DNA of 28,802 nt from Methanobacteriota archaeon (GTDB taxonomy: Archaea; Halobacteriota; Bog-38; Methanoflorentales; Methanoflorentaceae), in assembly GCA_963719035.1 (NCBI GenBank), contig CAVRAO010000004.1:1-28802 (forward strand). The letters run 5' to 3'. Within the stretch, counting starts at the first letter, position 1, and each line of letters starts with the position of its first letter. A model generated the notes under the pieces. The model was not told the origin of the DNA and made no database searches. It saw only the letters and a list, made by a program, of their open reading frames with translations. Positions 11,280 to 22,112 of this stretch are shown in pieces. Both the position numbers and the translations under genes were made by a program.

Positions 11280-11686
11280 ACCCAGTTAAGTGAAACGGTG
11301 CTTAAGGCCGCAGCAATGTCTGACAGGCCTTCCGTATTTAACTAATCAAGGAAAACTGGATCTCCTAACGTCAGTTGTTGTTAGACTTCTTCATGTAAGA
11401 GGTTCATCCGCGTTTAGCAGCTAAGCAGGAATACGCAACCGCGTGCTGTGCCGAGTAGAAAGTCCAATACCTGGTCACCGATAAGTTGACGAGAGTCATC
11501 CCCGAACTCGGGTAAAACACGTCCGGTTTTGAAGAGATTCCGCTATAGAAAGTCTGGTACGCGGCGCCGTGCGCCAGGTTGCCAAATTGTCGAAGGAGTT
11601 GCCCCAATAAGCGTCGAGTCTTTCGGTTCACGATCGTCAGCGCTCTGAGACGCCCACCCGTAGTTGTCTATGCCTTGCCACACCTC

Positions 11687-12837
11687 TTATGTCAACGCCC
11701 GTAATATTGCTTTCGTCGCTGAAATCCTCGCGGAAATCCTTAATAGCAGCCTTCTCAGCCTGCTTTTCAGTCGACCTTCTAAGCGACGCTGTTTTATGGG
11801 CTTTAGCACGTACCGATTCTGATACTGCGTGCCATTGAATCTGATGGCCAATTGTAGGTCCTTTATCCGTTCAATAGTCGTAGACTCTCTTTTCACGAAA
11901 GCTTGCAGTGCTTGTTCAAGCTCGTGAGTTGACCATGAGTGACCCGAGGCGCACCTCGTGTGGCAAGGAGGACTCGTCTAATTGATACGCTTTAACAAAA
12001 AGGAGTTGTTTGCCCCGTTTTTGAAACGCAAATTCCACGCCTATAGATTTTTTTCTTTGCGGAAAAAGGGGCAGAGACTGGCGGGAGACGGTTCCATCTC
12101 GGACGATATCGTATTCAAACTCTGAAAAATTGAAGTTGCCTAAACCGTAGCAGATGATACCGTCTTTGTAGCGTTCTATTCCCTGGATCAAGTGCGCGTG
12201 TGTGCCTAATACGACGCTCGCGCCTGCATCAATTGCGCTGTGTGCAACCATTATCTGATCGGGGGTGGGATAATGAGCATTTTCTGCGCCCCAGTGGAGG
12301 GCGATATCACGTGGTCGACTTGGCCTTTTAGCTGCGAAATGTCCTCCCGCATATAACCTGGAGCAAGCGGGCAGACTCCAGGCGTGACGGCCGTCGCATA
12401 ATTTTCACCGTTTGTGCTCAAGCAACTATATCCTATGAAGCCAAGAGCTACCCTGTCTCTGCGCACAATGACTGGTTGAAGGGCCGCCCAGATATCATCT
12501 CCGTAACCAAAATAGATCTTTTTTTATTATTGAGCACATCAATCGTATCTTTCACGCCCGCAGCTCGTGCGTCAGAGATATGATTGTTGGAAAGCGAGAA
12601 TAGGTCTATCCTCGGCAGTTTGCTAAAGAGAGAAGGATGACACGAGAGGGATAACTTGTTCAAATTCACGTTCTTGTTTGTCGTCAAGACGCATTCCAAA
12701 TTGGCGATAATGACGCCGCGGTACGCCTCAAATTCCTCGCAAAGAATCGTATATCTGGCGCTCTTTGTGAACTGCGTTATATCGAACCCGCGTAAACAAA
12801 TGTCCCCCACAGCAAGCAATCGAACCCCGTCAGCCAT
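11687..12837 (-). CDS. CapA/PGA_cap family metallophosphoesterase-fold protein, frameshifted
   Basis: MADGVRLLAVGDICL, IANLECVL, SLSNNHISD, ALHWGAENAHYPTPDQ (across a frameshift) and AIDAGASVVLGTHAHLIQGIERYKDGIICYGLGNF. ORF 11687..11896 is probably the C-terminal continuation. Confidence 0.88.
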
Positions 12838-13838
12838 AGCCTTTATCTCAAAGATAACACACCCTTTCGCCGTAAAAAATTCTCTGTATGCGAGCACGCC
12901 TGGAACTGGTACGAATTCGGTTGTTTCAGACGAGTTGTGTTTCGACCAGATTCATCGAGTATGCACGCTCTGCGAGTCAAGAACGGGGTTATGCTTCCGA
13001 GCGCTTTGCAAAGCTCGCTTCTTTTTTACGCGCCGAATTCTAGGGGGATAAGCTTTCGTATCAGTTGAATCGAAAGCGTAAAACGTGATTATAAGGAACT
13101 ACGTCAGCTGTTACAGAGTTATATTCTCTCAGACTAGGATCGTCGAATTTTTATCTGTGTTGCGAGGGGCCCCGAACGTCCTTCTAATTAACAAAGACAT
13201 AAGTGGAGTGAAAAAATGCAGGACCTGGATAGCAAAATCCGGGAGCGTCGAATTGACCGGTTTCGCGCAAGCGACGGACAATTGACAAGCCTACTCGTGA
13301 CTGTTATTCTGCGCTCGTTGTCTATGTCTCCGCAAAACTTTGGACTCGTTGGCGTCATACTAGTGTTTTCATGGCATAGCTGCAATTTTGATGGACGTCG
13401 GATTTGACCTGGCCTTGGTTCAAAAAGTGGATGTCGAGCGGCGCCACAAAAAATGCGGCCTACTGGATTAGTCTGCGCGGCGATGCCACTGGTCGTGGCT
13501 ACCGTTGCCCTTAGATGCCTAGCTCATAGAGCACTCAGATTCCTCGGTTCTCGCTTAACTACCTTGTCGTTTGTGCCCGATAGATAACGTTCAAAGACGA
13601 CAGGCTCTGGCTCGTTGTAAATACGAGCCCAGGTTCGATGTCACGAGATAAAGGCGTTGGAGGCGAGGCAAGATGATGTGTGCAGGCCTGCTTGAAAGAT
13701 CAACGCGAGCCCACCGTCGCGGCGTATTAGCCAAAATCCAGATACTGACGTTAAGTATTTCAGTTCACAATTGACCCTACGACAGCTAGCTTTTATATCG
13801 TAATGAGGGAATTTAGCTCTCTGGGGGTTTAGGGCAGT

Positions 13839-14984
13839 TTGTCAAGAATGCTGATCGTCACTAATGAGTTAGCAACCAAGATGACGGGCGGCGCCTATCA
13901 TATACTGAAGGTAGCCGAACACTGGCGCGATAATAACGACGTAAGTTACCTAATCCCTCAAGCGGGTTGCGCTTCCGCAAGAAAATGGCTGAAAGGAGAA
14001 GTTATCGTGATTGACTCCTATCTTGAGGGGAAACATCAAACCCATTGCGCATAGCTGTGTTGTATTGCGCGCGAATGTTTCACATTCTAAGGTCGCCACC
14101 TCGAAAAAATAGGACGACGTTATCGTCGCGTCTTCGCATTTTTTAGTTGACGTGCTTCCGGCCGCGTATTTCGGGAGTCTAGAAACTCACCGTCGAAGCT
14201 CGTAGCGTATTATCACGGATTAGCCGTAGGAGAATCTAGCTTTTCGTGGCGCATCCTGCGCAGTAATGAATGACGCGTTGTCCGTCATATTCCTTCGGAA
14301 ATAGGGGACTTTCGATTTGGTCTTTGCGATAAACCAATCCGTCAAAGACTTTTTGATTTCAAAGCGGGTAGTATGCAAAAAAAATCCGGGTGACTAACAA
14401 CGGGGTCGATCGAATTGTATTTGGAAGAGAATTCAGAGGAAACAGTTGTTGACGCGTGCTATGTCGGCCGACTGGTGAAAAATAAAGGCATCCTTGATTT
14501 GGTAAGAATATGGAAAGCGGTTTGCAACGAAATCCCAAATGCAAAGCTCCTAATCGTGGGGGATGGGGCTGAAAAGAATCACCTTATTAGATTGATAGAA
14601 AAGGGAAGGCTTGAAGGAAAAAGGTCGTCTTATGCGGATTTGTGGAAGAAGAAAAGAAGTTTGGAATAATGCGTAAGTCCAAGCTTTTCTTGCTCCCGAG
14701 TTACGCCGACACGTGGGGCATCGTGATCGTCGTAGCCTTGAGTTGCGGTTTGCCAGTTATAGCTTATGTATTCCTTCCTGTGTTGCGGCAGATTTGGGGT
14801 AAAGACGTAACCTTTGTTCCTGAGGGCGACACGGAATCATTCAAAATGGCCGTCGTGGAGTTTTTGCGAAACCCCCGACTTACGCTCGGAATTCTCTTGT
14901 CCAAAAGGGGCTAAGAAGAAGCAAAGAATATCTATGGACTGAACATTGCTGAGTGACGAGGCAGATGCAATTGAGAGATCATGA
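13839..14984 (+). CDS. Glycosyltransferase family 4 (GT-B), frameshifted
   Basis: N-terminus ..TGGAYHILKVAEHW. C-terminal domain DACYVGRLVKNKGILDL, KLLIVGDG, LFLLPSYADTWGIVIVVALSCGLPVIAY. The reconstructed TGA (14982-14984) overlaps the next ATG (ATGA). Confidence 0.85.
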
Positions 14985-16166
14985 TACCGCCGATCGCGAG
15001 AGCCGCACAATCCGATAAACCGAACGTGGGCATTGTTACGCACCCATTCTTGGCAAGGGCGGGCAAAATTCCCTTAGACAATCTAATTGAACTTGTCAGG
15101 CCGGTCGTAGGAACGCTGTTTGTCATCACCGGGGGCGACTACGAAAATGCACCCAGCGGCGTGGTGCTGACCAAGCTCAGAGCCACACGGCGAACGCGGT
15201 TTACGTCCAGAGTGCTGGAACAAGCGTTCGTTCAAATACAAACCTTACGTCTTATAGCGAAACAGCGCAAAGACATTGACATTCTGATCTTTCTTCTTAG
15301 GAACTTCTTTTCCACCACCCATTCTTTTCGCGCAAGCTCTGGACATGAAAAATGCTACATTGTCATTGCAGACTTGGGGCGACGAGAGCACATACGAGCG
15401 ATTAAGGAGAGCGGAGCCCGGGGACAATCGGGAGAACTTGCCATATTACGTCTCGCAGAGGTACTTCAGCGGATCAGTTACTTTTTTTCGGATAAGCTGA
15501 TTGTTTACAGCCGATCGGTCATAGACCAGCTCAACTTACCAGAGGTACCAGGAAAAGATCGTAGTCAGTCACAGACACTTTCTGAACTTCGACGAATACA
15601 GGTTCAAAAACAACATTGAAAGGCGCGATAACGTTGTCGGTTACGTCGGCCGACTAAACAAAGAAAAAGGCGCGCTCAACTTTGTCAAGGCAATTCCAGA
15701 TATAGTAAGCACGCGGAATGATGTGACGTTTTTCATGATGGGTGAGGGTGAGCTAGAGGATGAAATCCGCGCCTATTTAGAAACAATGGGCCTTAGCGAC
15801 CACGTCAAACTCACAGGGTGGATTCCCCACCACGAACTGCCCGGTTATTTGACGTGTTTAAAACTGCTGGTTGTCCCGTCGTACAATGAAGGGCTGCCAA
15901 ACGTTATGTTAGAAGCAATGGCGTGCGGAACGCCGGTCCTTGTAACGCCGATAGGCTCCATACCAGACGTGCTCACAGACAAAGAAACCGGCTTCGTCAT
16001 ACAAGACAATTCGCCGGCTCGTCTAGCAGAATACATCGTAGAAACGCTCGAGTCCCCACAGCTGAGACGAATTGTCACAAACGCTCGGACTTTGGTTGAG
16101 ACAGAGTTCAGATACGAAAAGCTCAAAGAAACGTGGAAGGAGATAATCTGCAGCACAAACTCGTGA
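14981..16166 (+). CDS. Glycosyltransferase family 4 (GT-B), frameshifted
   Basis: ORFs 14981..15619 and 15723..16166, with VVGYVGRLNKEKG in between. Contains LLVVPSYNEGLPNVMLEAMACGTPVLVT (E-x7-E). Confidence 0.92.
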
Positions 16167-16455
16167 CTGTGCTGGTAACAGGACGCGCAGGTACGCTCGA
16201 ACTTTAATTACTGCAATCTGGTCCGCGAAACCTATTTTCTTGGTTGCGCGGAAGCCGTTTACGAATAGCTCCATATTCTAACAATGGCTGGCAAATCTGC
16301 GGTATTGCCGACGCCGTGTAAGCTCTGTAAGCACGATATCAGTTAACCGCGGCTGCGCCAAGATAGTCACAGTAACGCTCCGTCGAGGGTCATTGTTGAA
16401 GCAGCATCAGCATATGACAAGAAATGGGGATATTTATCTCCTTTCTCGAGAAGAG

Positions 16456-18261
16456 TCACTGCTTCGAGTTTAAGGCGTTAAGGGATATGGCGTGTAGATA
16501 GGCTCAGGTAAGGTTAACGGTCCGTAGCTTAAGCTCGCACTGATCCATTTGTGAATATAGGCCACTTGGGCTCTACACCGATCTGGCTTAACTTCTCGCG
16601 AACATTATTTACCCATAAGATCCCAACTTTTTTTTGGAACCGGTTCACGTCTTTTGGATCCAAAATGACGCCGATTTGGTTTGCTAGGCCGTCTCGTCTT
16701 CCGGCTTAGCTCTGCTCCAAAGTGTGTGGATTCGAACACGCCTGGCCAGTCTCGAGAAACATTTATAGATGCCCAAGGAGCCCCCACTCGAAAATCGCCT
16801 TTGGGCATGCCGAGCTCTCGCGCGTAACGGTACATGAACCGCTTGGTTCTAAACACGTCTAAAATCGATAGCCGAAGATTCCTCAACAAGTGAACGACGC
16901 TGGGTGACGAATAGAGAAGGACGTTCTCTGTGTTAAACAGCTTCTTAGCTTGGAGCTGGATTTTGTGGTCGCCACCAGTGCAATACCCGCCAAGCCTCGC
17001 ATCAAATAGTCTTTTTCGTATCTCGCTTACGTTGATATTTTCAGCTGGTTCAATCCTTCTCTTTTGATCTTCATTCTGCTGGCTAACGGCTCGGAGCGCC
17101 AGGTGTCGCTCAGACTCGTTATCAGGACTGGATAAGCTCATCAACCGAGCGAGGTGCCTCGAAGCGTTGTTTATAAATAGATGCGCATATCCGCTCCTGC
17201 ACTGCATCTAGAATCTTTTTGGCCGCTGCATAGCGCTGAGAGCCTTTGACGCCGCTCAGCATTTTTCCGTAACATGTCCGAGAGCAAGAAGCGGTGGATT
17301 ATCCAAAGATCCAAATCCAGTCCGTAATTATATAGATTATCCAAGTCCTGTCCACACCACAACCGCTTTTTCTGGCCACATAATGCTTCAAACATCTTTG
17401 CAAAATAGATGCTCAAATGTGCACCGAAAGGCATGGACATAATTATCTTGTTCAGAGACTCGAGGTTGATTTCGTCCAAATCGACATCGATAAACTCGTG
17501 GCTGACCTCCAATTTCTTGGCAATTCTTAGTGATCTAACTAAATCAGGACTACTCCACGCGATCAGTGGAACCATGCGAAACGTGACGGTTTTTACATCT
17601 TTTAGGTTTTTTACCAATGAAAGCAAAATTGAAGAATCGACTCCACCGCTGAGCGCGACAATTTCTTCGAACCCGGGATCATCCTCAACAAACGAATGTG
17701 CAGCGTTGTTCAGTGCATTTTTGAAGATGTTATACGTGACGCCAGCGCCCGTGAAGTTATTCAGGTAACTTTCAGTTAAGGCCGTGCCATTTGAATCAAG
17801 TTGCAGCACCTCACCGGGCGGCAATCGGTAAATCCCAGCAAATGCGGTGTTACCCTTACGGCAAAATCCCTGTTTAATGAAATGAAGTAACCTCGGAGGG
17901 GTCGTAATTTAGCCGTCCCTTAGCTATCGCGAGTTCAAAAAAATCAGTTGATATAATTAGCTCGGTGTCCGTCGTTGCATAGTATATCTCTTCTACAGCG
18001 CCAATGTCGCTTGCTGCGAAGTCAAGCACCCCATCGCAGACCAACAAGCCGGCGTACTGTCCTTTGACCTTTGGCACGCAGTTGTACAAGTCGCCTACTA
18101 TTTTCATGTAATTCTATGTTGCGCTGAACTGTGTAATCGCTTTGCACAAGCCCGTCGATAGTTCCAAGAAAATAGAAAGTTCTGCCGTTGCTATTTATTT
18201 CGTGCTCGAAACCACGGATTGCTGACAGTGCTCCATCACGTCTTTGCACAACGGTGTACAT
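16456..18261 (-). CDS. Asparagine-synthase-like ATP-dependent amide ligase (degenerate Ntn domain + N-type ATP pyrophosphatase domain), frameshifted
   Basis: Joined ORFs 18022..18261, 17874..18107, 17171..17824 and 16605..17207. Motifs KGQYAGLLV...ASDIGAVEEIYY, NTAFAGIYRLPPGE, PP-loop VALSGGVDSSIL, WCGQDLDNLY and TKRFMYRYAREL. The 3' end is approximate (...ISLNALNSKQ*). Confidence 0.85.
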
Positions 18262-18739
18262 GCAGTTTGGATCATATCGCTTACGTACTTATAATTGCGT
18301 ATACCGGATACTGCCCTACAGAAAGCGAACATTCCAATTACGGCCTGATGCTTCTTCGGTGTCGAAGCAAGGGAAAGTGCAAAGACCACTCAAGTACGCC
18401 TACTCTTAGAACTCTATCATCAAACATCAATGCTCGAATCTTGCCCCGTAGTTGGGCAAAAAAAAAGTTTATCAGCAGCAATCCTCTTAATAGTAGCGAT
18501 TTTGAGCTATATCACCGCGTACAATAGTCAAGCTCTCCGCATTTGGAAACTACCTCCCAGGAAATGGTCGTTTAAATTAGCAACCATAGATAGGCTGCCA
18601 AAACAAAGTAACACCAAAAGCGATATCAGCCCGAACTGCTATAAACGCGGTCGAAACCTACCGTGAGCTGACCACCACTGCGAAGCTTTGCGAAGGCCAC
18701 AATCAGCAAAATGTGAACCCTGTGAGAAGGTTTGCCGAA

Positions 18740-19891
18740 ATGACAAGAATAGCGATCATTGTGGATTTGTTTCCCCCAAAATGGAGGGCGGGAACCGAAT
18801 TAGCGACGTACCGTCTAGCGAAACACTTACACGCTAGAGGCAACGACGTTCACGTGCTGACCTCAAGAGATCGCGGAATGCCTAAGGAGGAGTCCTGTAA
18901 CGGCGTTAGCGTGCACAGAATCTACTGGCCAAAAAAAATTCCGACCCTTCAAAGGACACTTCTATCGCTTGAAATGTATGTTGCACTGAGGAAAGTAAAT
19001 CCCCAAATTGTTCACGTCCAAAACTTCACTATGGGCATGTGCGGGCTGCTGGCCAAAAGATTATCGAAAAAGCCTTACATAGTTGCTGGCCGCGGCTTTG
19101 ACGTCTATGGCCTTGACAGGGTCTATGCGAAGAAACTGGATGCGTTCTTCGTCAGGAAAGCGTTGGCGCTTATTGTAAAAAATGCAGACGCCGTGACAGC
19201 ATTAACAGAGGAGATGCGTAGGGAAATACAAAAAGTCTACGCAAGAGACGCCACTGTAATCCCGAATGGCATCGAGGTAGAGAGATTCAGCCTTTCTCTG
19301 TCAAACAAAGACGCGCGAGAGGAGTTGAAATTAGAGAACGACGCAAGAATCGTCGTCTCAGTAGCTAGTCTTAGTCCCAAGAAAGGAACTGAATACCTCA
19401 TACGTGCTCTCAAAACGATAATTGAAGAGGAACCTACAACAAAATTGTATTTAATTGGCAAGGGCACAGAAGAAGCAAAGCTAAGAACTCTCGTTCAAGC
19501 CCTGCATCTTACTGAATACATTCTCTTTGTCGGAAGCATACCAAATCGGGTGGTTCCCGAGTATTTAGCAGCATCAGATGTTTTTGTTTTGCCGAGCTTA
19601 GAAGAGGCGTTTGGAATCGTCCTTTTGGAGGCTATGGCGGCAGGATTGCCCATAGTTGCGACGAACGTCGGCGGGATTCCGTCCATCGTAGCAGATGGGG
19701 TCAATGGGTTTCTCGTTGAACCTCGAAATCCGGCGCAAATTGCCGAGGCAGTCCTAAAACTTCTAGCAGATAAGGAGCTAACATCGACGCTCACGGCAAA
19801 TAACAAGGAATTGGTCAAAACATTTAGCTCTGATGAAAACGCCCGCCAGTATGAAGAGCTATATCAACGTTGCATCGCGTCCGAAAAATAA
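18740..19891 (+). CDS. Glycosyltransferase family 4 (GT-B), intact ORF
   Basis: MTRIAIIVDLFPPKWRAGTELAT, VHVQN, VIPNGI and ASDVFVLPSLEEAFGIVLLEAMAAGLPIVATNVGGIP. Alternative GTG start at 18713. Confidence 0.96.
   Translation: MTRIAIIVDLFPPKWRAGTELATYRLAKHLHARGNDVHVLTSRDRGMPKEESCNGVSVHRIYWPKKIPTLQRTLLSLEMYVALRKVNPQIVHVQNFTMGMCGLLAKRLSKKPYIVAGRGFDVYGLDRVYAKKLDAFFVRKALALIVKNADAVTALTEEMRREIQKVYARDATVIPNGIEVERFSLSLSNKDAREELKLENDARIVVSVASLSPKKGTEYLIRALKTIIEEEPTTKLYLIGKGTEEAKLRTLVQALHLTEYILFVGSIPNRVVPEYLAASDVFVLPSLEEAFGIVLLEAMAAGLPIVATNVGGIPSIVADGVNGFLVEPRNPAQIAEAVLKLLADKELTSTLTANNKELVKTFSSDENARQYEELYQRCIASEK
19571..19743 (+). repeat. Left arm of a 173-bp inverted repeat shared by two convergent GT4 genes
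   Basis: Manual ungapped alignment with the reverse complement of 20595-20767 gives 21 mismatches in 173 nt. Confidence 0.9.
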
Positions 19892-20458
19892 GATCAGATT
19901 ACCATTGCGCCCAAGTAATCATTTCCGTTCAGATGCTTTTTTGGAAGCCAGCAACGAGCCCTCCATAAGCTTCATTTTACGCCTTGCCGCTCTGGCAATC
20001 GGCTTAACGATGGCCACTTGTTACACATCACATTTAAGCAATGCTTGATATCGTTCTTGAATTGAGCTTTCGCATAATGCGTAGACGCAGATGCAACAAG
20101 AACAAAAAATACTCGCCTTGGCTTTTTTTTCATTCAAGAACGACGTGAGCATGACTATAAAGAAACTAAGATCCCAAGCGGGCAAGCGAAAGGAGAAGGT
20201 GATCGGCGATTTCGAACTAGCGACACTGCTGGAGTAGCAGTGCCGCGCTGTCCAGGTTTTTTACTGCCTAATGCGTAGCGACAACAAAGAGCTATAGTAA
20301 TGCACTGAACGCGATGAGCACCCCTAGACCAAGTAGCTGGGACTATCCGGCTGCTTCTTGAAGAACGAAAAGCGGGTAAATTGTCTAGATCTGACTTAAA
20401 TGAGGTACAGACCAAGCAGCAGTGGCTAGGAGTTGGAATAAACCTTTTCTGAGCCGGC

Positions 20459-21551
20459 TCACAAACTACTCAGATAGACTCCCTCCAAATCAGTGATAAC
20501 GTGATCCCACGAGTATCGCTGGGCCTTTTTTCTGTTGTTCCCAGATATTCTAAGAACAAGTTCGCGATCACTCAGAATGGACACAATTCTGGCCGCAATT
20601 TGCGCCGGATTTCGAGGTTCAACAACAAAGCCGTTAATTCCATTGTCTACGATGGACGGAATCCCGCTGACGTTCGTCGCAACTATGGGCAATCCTGCCG
20701 CCATAGCCTCCAAAAGGACATTCGGAAAGCCCTCTGATAAGCTCGGCAAAACAAAAACATCTGACGCAACCATATAGGTAGGGATATGCTCATTTGCAAC
20801 CCACCCGCTAAAACTCACGCGGTTCGACAAGCCCAAATCGGAAGCGACTCGCTCGAGTTTTTCCTTCTCTGGGCCATCGCCCGCGAGTATCAATCTTGCA
20901 TTTGGTTCTGTTTGGTTAACATAACTTATTGCCTCGATAAGGTATTCTAGTCCTTTGACCTGATGCAACCTGCCAACGAACAGAATTATCTTTTGATCTT
21001 CATCAATTTCGAGCTCGCGCCGCGCGCCGTCGTACGCAATTTCTTCGAATCTCTCTGTCTCGATTCCGTTGGGAATTACAAACACGTTTCGTGGCCGCAC
21101 TCGCTGCAACTCTTTTTCCATGTAGTCGGTTTGCGCAATCACCGCATCCGCGTCTTTCAGAGTGATTGCTGTCAAGAGTTTGAAGTTTAGGAAACCGTGG
21201 CCGCGGCTCCACACTACGTAAGGCTTCTTGAGCACCCTCTTCGCAAGAAAACCACTAAGTCCAAACGTCACGTTCTGGACGTGAACGATGTCGGGGCCGA
21301 TTTCCTTAAGCTTGCGCATCAGTCTGACGTAAAAAACTAGAGAGCTTATGAATTGAAGATTCGGGCGAGAAATCCGGTGAATATAGACGCCGCGCTCGAC
21401 GGAATCTCGCGGAGAGCGCTTCGTCGAGCGTGGTGATAATATGGACGATATGGCCGCGTGCTACTAAACGTTCAGCGATATTTAAGGTTGCGAATTCAGT
21501 TCCGCCTATCCATTTTGGCAAAAAATATCGAATCAGAATGGCGATTTTCAT
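20459..21551 (-). CDS. Glycosyltransferase family 4 (GT-B), paralogue of 18740..19891, frameshifted near 21320-21420
   Basis: MKIAILIRYFLPKWIGGTEFAT (ATG at 21551) joins ORF 20459..21319, which has ILFVGRLHQVKG and VFVLPSLSEGFPNVLLEAMAAGLPIVAT. Confidence 0.94.
20595..20767 (-). repeat. Right arm of the 173-bp inverted repeat
   Basis: The reverse complement matches 19571-19743, including GTCCTTTTGGAGGCTATGGCGGCAGGATTGCCCATAGTTGCGACGAACGTC exactly. Confidence 0.9.
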
Positions 21552-22112
21552 CGTGAGGACCGGTAATAAATCGGTAAATCTTCCAATTCGTCTTTTTTTG
21601 CAATAATAAGTATTCATCGGTAAGGTTGATCTAGCGACTGCAATAGCAGAAAGTTGGTTGCCTACTCCGGCTTCGACGCCAATGTGAATGAGGTTGGTTG
21701 AGGCGACTATGAATTTGCTACACTTGGCAACTGCTGGAATTGCTCAGCCACACTGGGAGATTGAGAAAGGGGGCCCTGAGGAAGAGTGGATCTCTTCAGT
21801 CGTGACACCTTTAACATAAACAAGATAATGCAATCATGGCTGCAGAAAATGAAAGGCGTAGGAGAATGCTTGGAAATCTTGCTGAGAACGAGGAGTCGCC
21901 GCAACCAAGACGTGTGATAGCACCATTCGGCCATCTTCGTTGTGTGTTTTTATCTTTAGGGTTGTTCACCGTTTGTGCCGTCCGGTCTTGTCTGACGACC
22001 CGCGACAGATTATTCGTAACGTGGATGTCCAGGTGTGAGAAAGGTAATTGCTGAGCCCGATTAAACACTTCGCGGGAAACTCACAAACAACAAATAACTT
22101 AAGCTTCAAAAG

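Noticed and set aside
11404-11631. Small ORF downstream of CapA as a real gene
   Set aside because: Several frames are open, with no motif or clear RBS, so it cannot be supported.
11687-12837. Poly-gamma-glutamate capsule operon
   Set aside because: Only a CapA-like gene is present, with no capB/capC in the window.
12838-13838. Genes or a structured RNA in the 1-kb spacer
   Set aside because: The short ORFs have no recognisable motif, a faint GT-like 'MPLVVAT' at ~13485 is too weak to call, and no convincing stem-loop or tRNA pattern was found by eye.
16456-18261. Lasso-peptide cluster, with the Cys-less asparagine-synthase homologue as cyclase
   Set aside because: No transglutaminase-like B2 peptidase, PqqD/RRE protein or precursor with a YxxP leader and penultimate Thr was seen nearby, and the context is entirely glycan biosynthesis.
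18740-21551. Bacillithiol/mycothiol glycosyltransferases (bshA/mshA)
   Set aside because: Only generic GT4 similarity is visible, there are no partner deacetylase or ligase genes, and the context is surface glycan.
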